DNA of 64,000 bases, from assembly GCF_009914755.1 (NCBI RefSeq), contig NC_060926.1. One strand, 5' to 3'. The notes under the pieces are model-generated. The model was not told the origin of the DNA and did no database searches. It was given only the letters and a program-made list of their open reading frames with translations. This document shows, one piece after another, positions 14,851 through 27,382 of the stretch (positions are counted from its first letter, which is position 1; each line of letters opens with the position of its first letter). The translations under genes were made by a program, and so were the position numbers. This DNA comes from the human T2T-CHM13v2.0 reference genome, Homo sapiens.

Positions 14851-16079
14851 ATTACCATCATCAAATTTCCAAGCGGCAAGTGATGGGTAGTAAAAATTGA
14901 TTTGTAAGCATTCTTCCCCTATTTTGTCTGTATCAGCATAGTATTCCAGAATAAGCATGTGTTACTTTGGTAGGGAAAATACACAAACTATTTCAATTAA
15001 AAAATAAGAATAAAGTCATTTGTGATCCTCTGCCAACTTTACAAAGTAGAGAAAAGCAGCTGCAGTTTCTTACTTGGGCTAGAGATGATCCTCCTGTTCA
15101 GTTTGTTATACATAATGTCCCTGAGCTATTGGATAGGCAAGATGGTTCTCCTCCAATGGAGGCAAGAGCCATCTGGTCATTCATTGACAGAAATAAATAT
15201 CTGATTACCAATTACGTTTCCACTGATCAGTATATATACACACAAGACAAGCAAAAGATATAAGGGCCTTAGAAAACAGTCACAGGAATAGAATCAAACA
15301 TTTTGTATCACAGCATTATATTACGTTGTCACATCGGGTTTTACTTGTATATCATATCACCTCATTTACCCTAATGAAAAATTACTCCTCGGACTCAGGT
15401 TCCTTTACTGGCCTCACCATTCATTCTGGGCACAATTTTATAAAAATAAGGCAAATGGAAAGATACTGATGTCACTTGTCAGATGAAGCAAAACCACATG
15501 AGAGGCCCTGGCTCTGGTGCTCATTTAGGTTAGGTTGAAGTAAGAGGGAAGAAGTTCTGGGATGTATGTGTCACAGTATTTGAAATGGCTGCCTTCCGCA
15601 AACAAGCTCAATTTACAAGAGAAGCACACATAAGGTAGAGGAGGGTTTCAAGTTTTAAACTATGTTACTAAGTACACATTTGCTTCTAAACTTTAAAGCA
15701 GTGCTGAATTGCATTTGGATAGAGTTATAGCATTGCTTTAAACACACACGCACACCCAGAGACACACACCATGGAGGTAATCCAGTTACTCCTGCAGCAC
15801 AGATGTGCACAAGAATGCTCTAAGTGATTAAGATAGGGCTTTAAAGTTAGTTAATTAGAAACATTTCTTTTTCTATGATCAACACTGATATCAGCTCGAG
15901 TTCTGGTTGGTGGAATTTAAATTTCAATCTAGATTTAAATGTTAAGATGCACTTTGGACTTGCTCTCGTGCTGTAGAATTGGCTTAGTGTGGGGGCCGTT
16001 AGTATCTAAACTCCTTCGACCACTTCTAACAGTTTTAAAAACAGAATTCTGTTTACCTCATATTATTAAACAGAGCTTC

Positions 16080-16118
16080 TTATAAATAGCACTTATCCTT
16101 CCTTGGAAGGAAGGATAA
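16080..16118. promoter_or_regulatory. MEF2 consensus next to a 12-bp inverted repeat
   Basis: ttataaatag 16080-16089 fits YTA(A/T)4TAR; ttatccttcctt-gg-aaggaaggataa 16093-16118. Confidence 0.35.
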
Positions 16119-16989
16119 CAAAAGTCATAAATGTAATATTATAAAACCTATTTTCATAGAAAAGAAATCATTTGTCATTAACAGAGCAACCACACCACTC
16201 TGCTCTGATTACTGGCATGATCCTTTCTAAAAAGAACATAGACTGTTGAGAGGGTAAAGTATAACAACGTATAGGAAAGTGTTCAGCATAGTGGTTGGCA
16301 CAAATACTTGCTTAACAAAGTTTAGTGTTGCAAAATGAAGGTTATTGCCAGAGAAAGTGAACCTAGAGAGTTATAATAAACATGCACTTATTTTTACAAG
16401 TCCAAATTTTATTTTCACAAGACTTAAATATCAAACTCTCAACCTATAGATGTTATATTGGAAAAATATTTCTGCTATTGGAGATTTTTAAAGTTACAGT
16501 CACATTAAAGTCCCAAAGAACAAATGAGGCTGCTTCCTACTGGCCTTACATTCCTTAACCCAAGCCACATGCAAGAGAACACAAGGTCATTCCTGGCCTC
16601 CTGGAGCCATGTTGATGAGACCACGCTTCCACCGATGAGCAGAACAATCCAATTTTCCTGGATTACTAAAGAATAGATCAATTAGGTCATCTTCTAAAAA
16701 ATATATATTGTTCTTCTACTGGAAAACAATGTGGATATACTCTTTGAAAGAGATATACGTGATCATTCCTGTCTGCTAGGATAAATGAATCTGTTGGTGT
16801 TAATGGCAAAGAAACTTGTTTGCAAAAGAATGGCCCTTTCATTTTGTTTTACTTGTATTTTGCTTGCAACACTAGAGTGGTTGGTAACTATGCCAGTTAA
16901 ATTTCCCTCTCACTAAAGTGGTCACATATGTCTGAGAAACAGGACTGGGAGGGGATTTGTAGGGTGTCTGTGTAAAAATTCATCAGTAG

Positions 16990-17185
16990 GAGAGTGAGAG
17001 TAGCAAAATACCTTTAGAATCAAATTGCCTTGGACTAAAATTTCAGGGTCACCATCTAATAGGTAAGTAACCCTGGGCCAATATGATAACCTAGCTGAGC
17101 CTTTTGTTTTTCACTTATCAAATGAGAACAACTTCCTAAGGATGTTTTAAGGATTAGTTGAAACGTTGTATGGCTAATGAATGCA
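16990..17185 (+). mobile_element. MIR, diverged
   Basis: gtaaccctgggcca...ctgagcc...ttatcaaatgaga...ggatgttttaaggatta. Confidence 0.55.
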
Positions 17186-19079
17186 TCTCTTATTAGAGGG
17201 AGACTATGTCTCAATAAATTCATTTCACACTGAGACTAACTTCCCCAGAAAGACAGTACACCTGCTTAGCCTAGACAAAGTGGTTGCTGATGTTTTGGGT
17301 TATCATTATTAGAGGGAGACTCCTGGAAAAGTCCCAGAATTGTTTGATGAATTTATATATTTTCTTATATTTATTTTTATGTCTGCTCTAAATAGCCCCA
17401 TTGAATTTCTCACCTTGCACTGTTGGCTACTGTTCATGGTAGGGTTCTAAAAACTTTCCAGACACCTGAGTTGTGAGGATGGCAAACAACAATGATGACA
17501 ACCACTACCCGCCTTCCCTTGTAATTTGTTCTCTTCTTCCATTATTTCTGATTGGTTTAGTTGCACTAAGAACTCAAAGAAAATAATGAATAAATAGGAA
17601 AGACTTGTTTGAGGAATATTATTCAAATTGGTTAAGTGCAGATGCTTGAGAACCAGCTTTAAAAAAACATGCTAGCAAAGCTCAGGGAGGGGAGACAAGA
17701 AAAAGAAAAAATCTATAACTAGACACCAGTATCAAAATTTTCATTCTTAAGATTGCTTTCCTTTTTTTTCACTTTCTCTTAGTCAAAACACTATCAAGTC
17801 ATAACTTATACTAAGAGTACTGAAAAGCTTTCAAATAGGTAGGCAGATATTATCTTCCTAATGTGTTATTACAATTATATTATGTTAAAGGTTCAATTCT
17901 ATAACCTGTATATAATTATACAGCATAGCGTGAGTGTGAGTGTGTGTGTACCCATCTGCATTTATTTGCATTTTTCTAGAAAGGAGCTCATAGATTTCAC
18001 CTAATTTCTAAAGAGATTCATGACATCTCTATGAGGTTGAGAAGAATTCATTCATTCCATGAATATATTTTGTACAAATACTTTGTTAGGTACTATGGTA
18101 AGCAAAGGAACACACGGAAGACAGTGTTTGGCCTTTGCAGTTTAGAGTGTAGCAAATGATTTGAATAAGGGGGTTGGGGTGAGGTGAAAGTATTAATCTT
18201 ACCACCTTACTAATTACTCTTCTCTCCTAATTCCACCCTACCCCATCTAAATCTTCTTTCCCAAGTCTCACAATCTCCTTGGGACAAATTCTCCATATTA
18301 AGCAGTATTAATATAGTGCTTAATAATCAGCTTCATTGATGTTGTTCAAGCAACCTGCAGTGGCCTCTCTACTTTATCCTGAAAGGTTCAGTTCAATGTC
18401 TACCTTCCCTAAGACACTTTTTCTGAAACTCCTGAATATTGTTGACTACTTATCAACCATGACTGCTGGTTTCATGTCCCTTTGTTTTTTCTTCCTAACT
18501 AAAAGTAAGCTCTAGGAAGCAGGAATCATGTCTTACATATAATATTTTTGTTTGTGTTCCTGCCTAGCTTGGGCCTACTCTAAATGATTGTTTCCTGCTA
18601 AAGAAGATGAATAGACTTAAGGCTGGTTCTCTAACCTAGATTCAAACGAAGGAAGAAGGAAGTCTTCTTAGAAGGAAATTTAAAAAAAAAGATGTGGAGA
18701 GTGTAGAGGAAAATAAATGACAAGAGAAGAGTCAGTAAAATAATATGTGTCAAGAGAGACAGGGAGAAAGATATGCAATTGGAAGTATACAAGAGGTGCT
18801 GGGCTCTCTATCGAGGGTGATTACAGGGGCACTACAAAGCTCTGGGAGTATTCTCAGACCTGCGGAGGGAGGCACAATGCTGTTAATAATTGCAGTCAGA
18901 AAAGAAACCTCATGGAACTTGTTCATTTCTGTGAACGAAGCTGTAGCCAAGCTAAGAGGCATGTTGTCTTCCTACAGCATGAATCTTGGTGTGAGATGGA
19001 GCTTGCCAAGACTCATAAAATGTACCCACTTCTGTTCGTTCGAGTGGGAACAAACGTTCCTGCCAGACAAAGCTCATAA

Positions 19080-19268
19080 TGCTAATGGATCTTACTATAG
19101 TTGCACATCAGAAGTTTTAAAATACTGGGGAATTTGAAGATACTATTGATGTCTAAAACCTATTTCCAAAGACTGATTCACAATTGATCTGGGATGGGGC
19201 CTGACAACTGTTATTTTTTTTTTTTAATACCAGGTGGTTCTAAGTTGCCACCAGAATTGAAAACTGCT
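19080..19268. mobile_element. MER5A-like hAT MITE
   Basis: tgcacatcagaa...gattcacaattgatctgggatggggcctg...ccaggtggttctaa...ttgaaaactgctcta. Confidence 0.7.
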
Positions 19269-19774
19269 CTAATTGCCATCTAGGACGAAAATTCAAGGGC
19301 TTGGGTATAGTGACAGGATACCCTTTGGTACTAATCCTTTTCAAAAGTGAAGGCCATAACCTCAGAAGAGAAAATTGGATATAAAGAGCAAACAGGTGGC
19401 TACATAGATAGTGCTAAGAGTTGCTCTTGTAGACTCGAACAAGAAAAAGTACACAGAAAAAGTGTTTTTCATGAAGCCAGGAAAGAATGTCCCTAATTTG
19501 CCAACATCACCAAGAAGCTTTTAAACTGAATTTTGGAAGGAAGAGCGGGAGAAAAATACTCAGATACAATCATAAAACCTGAAGCCATGGAGGATAAAAC
19601 AAAGCAGCAAGTGGTAAAAGTACCCAAAGAATTTTAGGAAAAAATTAAAGGGAAGCCAGCAGTGATGAAAACTTTAAGCCTAAGTCTGTACATCAAAGTT
19701 TGAATAAGCAGCCAATTTACTTTGGAATTTTTATGCAGTTTATGAAATTTTTATGCTCTTAGGGGGTATGATTA

Positions 19775-20104
19775 CTTCTTCTTCTTCTTTTTTTCTTGAG
19801 ACAGAATCTCACTCTGTCACCCAGGCTGGAGTCAGAGGTGCGATCTTGGCTCACTGCAACCTCTGCCTCCTGGGTTCAAGCGAGTCTCCTGCCTCAGCCT
19901 CCCGAGCAGCTGGGACTACAGGCATGCGCCACACGTTTAGGTGTGTGGCTAAAAACATTAGCGCCGGCTACTTTTTTTGTATTTTTAGTGGCGACGGGGT
20001 TTCATCACATTGGCCAGGCTGGTCTCAAATTCCTGACCTCATGATCTGCCCACCTCAGCCTCCCAAAGTGCTGGGATTACAGGCATGAGCCACCGCTCCG
20101 GGCC
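19775..20104 (-). mobile_element. AluS (Sg-like) with an internal complex insertion
   Basis: Antisense Alu with a (CTT)n/T tail; TSD gggggtatgatta at 19762 and 20106; non-Alu insert at about 19933-19961. Confidence 0.93.
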
Positions 20105-20139
20105 TGGGGGTATGATTATTTTTAAGATGTTGCAAGGCA

Positions 20140-20420
20140 ATGAGAGATAGGAAGCACTGTAATGATTAAAAGTGCAAGCTTTGGAATGTGACAGTTCTGG
20201 GTTCAAATCCTAACCTTATCACTTACTAATGGTGTAGGTTTTGGTAAGCTACTTAACTTCCCCAAGCCTCAGTTTCCTCATAGGCAAAATGGGGAGAATT
20301 ATATCTACATCATAGGAATTACCGTTAGCATTAATATAGTTAGTGCCAAATGAACTTGAAGATGTTAATAACCCAGCACCAAATGTGGAACATAGTCTTT
20401 ACTTAATAAATATTTGCTTT
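20140..20420 (+). mobile_element. MIR, near full length
   Basis: ctgggttcaaatcct...cacttact...aagcctcagtttcctcataggcaaaatgggga. Confidence 0.85.
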
Positions 20421-21097
20421 TGAATAGTAGTGCTATTGTTAAGAATAAACCCTAGCCAAAATGAAAACTTTGTTCCAAAGGATAAAAGATTTGCTCAAAA
20501 GAAAGAGCCATGTACGTCATGAAAATCATAGTATCCGTCTTGCATATTATAAGCCCAAGGGTGGAGACATCTTGGGAAAAAGAGAGAAAGTGGTGGTGGT
20601 ATTTGTTGGAAAATGCACTCTGGACTACCAGACCAGGTAGAGGATGTGGTTTGGTAACAGACATTGCAAAACTGGAGAAGAAGTACATAAAGTGGTGGTG
20701 GGGGACTTCAACCATGAGGACACCATCTGGAAGTGTTGCTTGGCAAAAACACAACATTGGATAAATTCTTGACTTACTTTCCTAAGAGTTTAAGCTCAAA
20801 GAAGGCAGATGATGCAAGTAGAGAAACTACTTTTCTGGACTTAAATCAGACAAACTGGGATAAAGGGTGAGTGCAGGATGTGGAAATGATCAGGAACTTG
20901 AAAGAAAAGTGGCCACTTAGCATTGTGAAACTCAAGGGGGAAAAAAATAGGGACTAGATAGAATTTGGTATATGTTTAGATTACAGAAAAATTTCAAAAA
21001 CAAGAGACAGAAGGTAACTATTATCCCATGGAAAAGATGATGTGAAAAGTATAAAAAATATTTTGGCTTATAAAATAATGGCTACTTCCAGAGAAAT

Positions 21098-21953
21098 ACT
21101 AAAAGAAAAACAAACACTGTTTTACTATACACTTTCAACACTTCTGACACCAAATGTGTGTTTTTTCTCCACAATGACCAATTCTCTAACACCAACAAGG
21201 TATTCTACAATTCAGTTTAATTCTGAGACTATGTACTGCAGTTAAGGGTTAAGTACTACAAGAGTGTCCTACTTTAGATGCCAAGTCTGAGCCTTAAATA
21301 CTTCTGACCAACAGCTATAAATTGGTATTCCCACAACCCCTCTTTGGGTTTGATAATTTGCTAGAACAGCTCACAGAACTCAGGAAAATAGTTTACTTAC
21401 TAGATGACTGGTTTATTGTAAAAGGATACATCTCAGGAACAGTCCAATGGAAGAGATGCATAGGACAAACCACAGGGAAAGGGGCATGGAGCATCTATGC
21501 CCTCTCCAGGTGCACCCCCCTCCCAACACCTTCATGTGGTCATCAACCTGAAAGCTTTCCAAACCCTGTCCTTTTGGGTTTATAGGGAGGTTCCATTATG
21601 TAGGTATGACTGATTACATCATTGGCCATTGCTGACTGAACTCAATCTCTATCCAGTCCCTCTTTCTTATCATAAGGTCAGAGTGTGGGTGGGGCCAAAA
21701 GTTCCAACCCTCTAATCACATGGTTGGTCCCTCGGTCAACCAGCCCCTCCTCCTTAGGGGCTTTCCAAAAGTCACATGGGCATGAACCTAAACTCAGGTG
21801 TGGTTGAAAGAGACTTACTATGAACAACAAAAGACACTCCTTTCAACTTTATAGCTCCTATCACTCAGGAAACTCCATGCATTTTAGGAATTCTGTATCA
21901 GGAACCTGAAGCAAAGATCAAATACGTATTTCGTATTATATCATTGTATCACA
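21098..21953 (-). mobile_element. MER21-family LTR
   Basis: Reverse complement begins tgtgatacaatgatataatacgaaatacg...caggttcctgatacagaattcctaaaa; internal gctagaacagctcacagaactcaggaaa. Confidence 0.8.
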
Positions 21954-23016
21954 AACACACAAGAAAGCAGTGGGGCTGCATGGGATGAGTGGATGCAGCA
22001 ATGTGGGTGCAGAATAAAGCTGAGAAGAGTAAGTCTTCGAATATCCAGGATTCTTACACTGTCAAGGAGTCCCCTTGTTCTCTGCTGTTTGTTCTCTGTT
22101 CGAGGAGAACCAACTAGGGTGAATGGGTGTAAGTGAGGGAATCACATTTTGGAGGTAAAACGTATGAACAATCAGAGCCATTCCCCTGAATGACCAGTAA
22201 GATACCAGCTAATACAAAATTCTGGGATAATTTTTTTAGATCTCTAGGTTAGAACAGAGTCCTGGACATAGTAATGCAAGACTAGCTTCCAGGCTTCAGC
22301 TTAATAGCCACCACCAGGAAAGCTAGGTGTTTCATCCATGTGTACACACACCACCACACAATCCTCTCGCACTTGTTATTATTTGTCTGCCTGCTATCCC
22401 AGCCTTTATGCCATAGGGATGATTCTATCCTATTCGCTTTCGTACTGCAACACCTAGCACTAATCCTGGCACTAAAACACTTATTTGTTTGCTTTATATT
22501 GGAATTTAGACACGTTAGTGTCTTAGGCTTCATTTAAAAAATGAGATTGCAAGAGAATGAGAGATGGAGGGTTGCCAGTTACCACACTTGGATTTACAAT
22601 CCATCTCTAGTTTATTTTCTCAGGATATTCCATTTGAAAATGAAAAAAAAAAATCTTAAGTTTTTAAACTGAATTTGCCAATGTTCCTCCTTCCACATTA
22701 CTAGAAGTATTACAGTATATACGTTTCATTCTTGAGTGGAGTTCAATTAAAGTCAATGTCAGTTTGAAAATTTCTCCATCTCCTTCAAATTACCTGGTGC
22801 CTGATCTTCTGTTTTATTTTGTCATGTTTTATCTTGTTTTAAGGAGTGGAGGGTTGGGAATGACCACTTTAGTGACAGCCCAAAACACATTAAATTTTCT
22901 CAAGGTTTAGTCTCTCAGGCAGGTTCCCAACACTCATGGAAAAGAAAACTTAACCATCTTGATGTATTGCTTAGCCATATCCTCTAGTAATCTGAGAAAA
23001 CAGATAGCATGGCAAC

Positions 23017-23399
23017 TAATATAGTTTGGAAATTTGTCCCCGCCCAAATCTCATGTTGAATTGTAATCCCAAATGCTGGAGGTAGAGCCTGGTGGAAGAT
23101 GTTTGGGTTATGGGGGCAAATCTGTCATGGCCTGGTGCTGTCTTTGTGATAATGAGTTCTTGTCCTACTTGGTCATTTAAAAGTGTGTGTCGTCTCCCCT
23201 GCCCTCTTCTTCCTGCTTCAGTCATGTAGGATGTGCCTGCTTCCCCTTCTACTTCTGCCATGATTGTAAGTTTCCTGAGGCCTCCCCAGCCATGCTTCCT
23301 GTACAGTCTATGGAACCATGAGCCAATGAAACCTCTTTTCTTTATAAACTACCCAGTCTCAGGTAGTTCTTTACAGCAATGCAAGAATGAACTAATAGA
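23017..23399 (+). mobile_element. MSTA-like MaLR solo LTR
   Basis: t(a)atatagtttgg...ccaaatctcatgttgaattgtaatccc...cctcttttctttataaactacccagtctcaggt; 5-bp TSD gcaac at 23012 and 23400. Confidence 0.9.
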
Positions 23400-24859
23400 G
23401 CAACCTTCAACAGAAATGGTTTTTAAGCTCAAGTATAACAAAAATATTGTACTCTTCTTAAAAGCATGCATGAGATAGCACTCATTTCCTTATTCAACAG
23501 GCTATGTGCTTTGAGAAAGCATTATATTTTTAATCAGTGTTACAATTTAAATTTATAAAAAGACCATAGTTATTTTATAAAAGTAACTATCATCACAGAA
23601 TCTGTATGTCAAATGCAAAAAAAAATGGTTATCAATTCACAAGGGAATTTAACATTTGACAGATGTGTAGAAACTTTGAGGCACACATCTGTCAAGTTTC
23701 AAACAGTCAAATAATAATGGTGTAAGCAAAAGAAAAGTTTAAACATTTTTTCCATTTCAACAGTTTTGAGAACAGAATTGGCTTATAATCTAGTTAGAAA
23801 TATACCTCAAAAAATGAAATATCACATCAATTTAGTTAGAGCATATTTACTCTGAAAATTCAGGTCCTTTCCTATCCTTTTAGGCTTTTTCAGTGTGGTG
23901 TTGCTAGATGAAGCTGCAAAGAAATGGGCATTTGAAAGCAAACAGGGCACCCTAAATCACCTATCCCTTCCTTATTTCACTGTATCTTTCTATTAAACTA
24001 ATCCCAGGATACCAGAGCATGTAATTTCCTGGTTGGTGGAAATCCCTCTAATCAGGATATTCAGAATTGATGTCTCCTTTAACTGGGCTCCTTTTGTACT
24101 GTATACAATACAGAGGGAAATGCTATCATAACACTTCAATAGTTAACTGACTTTATGAGAAAAATAGTTCCAAATGTTTCCTAAAACCTTCCAAACCGCA
24201 CCAAAGACCATTATTGTAATATTATGTTTCCCTATTGCCTCCATTATTTAAGCTTGCCTCTCTTGAAATGATACTTGGATGAGAAAGTTAGGTTTATATA
24301 ATGTATAAATTGTTTCCAAAGGAAAAGCCTTGGCTGCATAATTATTACATATGTAGAGATGCCAGATAATTTGTTTTCAATAGTTCTTCTTTATTAATTG
24401 ACAAAAGAATATATTTAAAGCTTTTGGTTACTGAAGCTTTTGGAGAGAACTAATATTTTTTGTCTCTAAACTAAGCTATCTAAGTAGGCTTTGTGTAATT
24501 CTATTAAATTTAATACTGAACACAAACAAGATTATATATCATATTACATTTAAAAACACTTCCTTACTATCTGTGTGTCTGTAACACCATGTTGTACACC
24601 TTAAATAGACCTGATACAATTTATTTTTTTAAAAAGAAGGTACCTACATATTTGGTACCATATACATAACCCATATACACTCTGTATCATTAAAGTCCAT
24701 TTACAGTAACATTATATTTTAAAGGATCCAGTTTCAAAAAGAACCTTAATGGCAGGTTGGCATTGGATTCATTCCTGTGGTGCTCCTGTTGCAACTTTAA
24801 GTGTCTCATTTCAAGTGCTTTTGCAACAGGAATTTTTTTGGGGGTAATCAAAGGTAGTA

Positions 24860-25340
24860 TGTTCAATAAATAGTCTGAAGATAGAAATAGCCCAAATGTC
24901 CCTTCATAGATAAATGAATAAACCAATTGTGGCATATACATACTATAGATTATTCAGCCATAAAAAGGAATGAACTACTGCTACATGCTAAAATATGAAT
25001 GAACCTTGAAAAATTATGCTAAGGCAAAGAAACAAGATGCAAACAGTCACATATTTTATGATTCAATTTATACGAATACATAAATCCAAGGAGATAGAAC
25101 ACAGACTGATGGTTGCCAGGGGTAGGGAGAAGTAGGAATGAGGAGACACTATTTAATAGGTAAGCAGTTTTCCTTTGGAGTGATGGAAATATTTTATGTT
25201 TTAGAACTAAATAGAAGTGTTTTAGAACTAAATAGAAATAGTGCTTGAACAACAACGTGAATGAACTAAACACCACTGAATTCTTTACTTTAAAATGGTT
25301 AATTTTACACTAGGTGGATTTCACTTCAATACATTTTTGT
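24860..25340 (+). mobile_element. L1MB/L1MC-type 3' end
   Basis: cccaaatgtcc...attattcagccataaaaaggaatgaa...gaaccttgaaaaattatgctaag...ggttgccagggg; contains a 21-bp tandem duplication near 25197-25238. Confidence 0.85.
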
Positions 25341-25974
25341 ACAACAATTAAGTGGTAAATATTTTACTGTCCACCCATAATGAGATGTCATTTAGTACTG
25401 ACTAAGAACATGGATGAACTTCATGTGCTGTAGTCTCCATCAACCCTCACCTAATGCCACCTTGTATCCAGACTTGGGAGGAGGGATGTACACCCTAAGC
25501 AGAGGGACCTAGTTGTGGCAGCTCATGAGCACGTGTGTCACAAAAGCCAGAGGAGATGCTGAAGGGCATGGGGGCAGGGACAGAAAACAAACAAATAAAT
25601 AACCTGAGAACGCTCTGTTCTATTTTGAAATTTAAATAATAATCCTTCTTAAATGTGATGTAAAACATTTCTACAAAGAAACATCTTTCAGATAATTATC
25701 TCAAAATATAGTAAAGTACTCATCAATGCCTAAGAAAAACAATTTTCTATTTTATGATCAAACTCTTTAGATACATATAAATATGCAGGCAGAAAAAGAA
25801 AACGGACTCTGGAATTCTAGAATTTGAGAAAATGGATATAAAAAGCTCCTCATAACAACTCAATAGTACGATCTCATTAAAACTCTTTTTGCAATATAGC
25901 ATTTCAATAGCTAGATGATTATAGGAGAAAAATAATTCCTTTGGTTACATTTTAGAAAGAAGGTAGACATGAAA

Positions 25975-26150
25975 TTACAAGCACTTGGTTCAAATCTCAG
26001 CTCTGCCACTTATTGTGTGACTTTGATCAAAATATCAATCTCTCTGAGCCTCTGTATCTTCATCAAGAGAATGCTGATAATAGTGCTTGCAATTTAATGA
26101 ATTAAATTATAATGGCTATGCCTGTCAGGGCAAGTGCTCGAGAAATGTTT
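25975..26150 (+). mobile_element. MIR
   Basis: ggttcaaatctcagctctgccacttattgtgtgactttg...ctctgagcctctgtatcttcatc. Confidence 0.75.
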
Positions 26151-26314
26151 TTCCTTAACTCCACTTGCCTCTTTTCCCTGATAAAAAAAATTTATTCATA
26201 ATCATTCATTGCTGTGAATGTCCATATAAAATCACTAACCAAGAATGTTTTTCCTGTGTTGAGTGTCTTCATTAAGTTGTACATACTTTGGGACTTACTT
26301 CACAGTGTTTGAGA

Positions 26315-26400
26315 CATACAGACATATATATAACATATATATTACATATACATTACACATACATATACATATATTACATATGTGTGTTATATATACGTTT
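26315..26400. repeat. Degenerate (TA)n/(CATATA)n low-complexity tract
   Basis: catatatataacatatatattacatatacattacacatacatatacatat. Confidence 0.8.
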
Positions 26401-27093
26401 GTCTCATATCTTAATGCCAATTCTAAAAAGTTTTGCTTTTTGAACTGTTGAAAAACAATGATACAATTCTATCCCTGTAGAATCTTCAAAAGACATGAGA
26501 ACAAATGTGGTTTCCTTTTAAACAGTTTATTCACTATTGAGTACTTTCACAAAAACAAGAAGCAACTACGGTATACCCAATATTGTATGCAATAAAACAT
26601 TCCAAAATAACTCAGAGAATTGTTCCTGCTGTCTGAGGAGCTTACAATGTGAGTAGGAAAGGGGAATAACAACAATAGCAGCAATCATGAAATCTTGTGA
26701 AACAAAATCTTATTTTTTTCCTGTGGACTTACCACATACACAGTTGTATTAAATTGATGTTGTATATGAAATTTAATGTGGATCCTACCCCTCAATAGAG
26801 ATTAAATTTAAATTTAAGATTAAAATTAAGGGATGGCATGTGGATTTTAAGTTATTTTATGAAGAAGCATGAAATAGTTTATAATATTAAACACAACATG
26901 TAGAAGAACCTTTGTTTTTTCCTACTTTCTGTCAGAAAAAACATCCTTTTTGCTGGCTTTTATGTACATTTTGTGACTGGCGAATACACAACTGAGATTT
27001 TATACCAACCATAGAATTTGAGACCTGCTAGGGACCAGGGAAATTACTTAGTTTTAGCCCATTTTTCAGGTGTGGAGTCAAAGGTCTAGAAAG

Positions 27094-27382
27094 CACCATT
27101 TCCCAAAGTGTGTTCTCAAAAATACTTCTGCAGGATTTTAATAAGCATTCCATTAAAAAAAATTCTTCCCTTAAATAAGTTTTAGACATACTACATTAAA
27201 TGAAATTTGACAGGCTCACTTACTGCAGAATTCTCAAAGACTTGAATATGCGAACGTGCTTTGTGAATATTCATTCACAGGGAGATAAAGTGTGTGATGC
27301 GTCTCCCCCTCCCCCCTGCTCCTTTTATTAAAGAGGGCATTCCATGGGACTACATGTATAGAACCCATTTTAGGGAACACTG
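27094..27382. mobile_element. hAT-Charlie (Charlie4-like) MITE
   Basis: Terminal inverted-like ends caccatttcccaaagtgtgttc / gaacccattttagggaacactg flanked by tctag target-like sequence. Confidence 0.6.

Noticed and set aside
18745-19137. Three overlapping ORFs (130, 110 and 70 aa)
   Set aside because: No recognisable domain or splice context; the longest runs into a MER5A-like element
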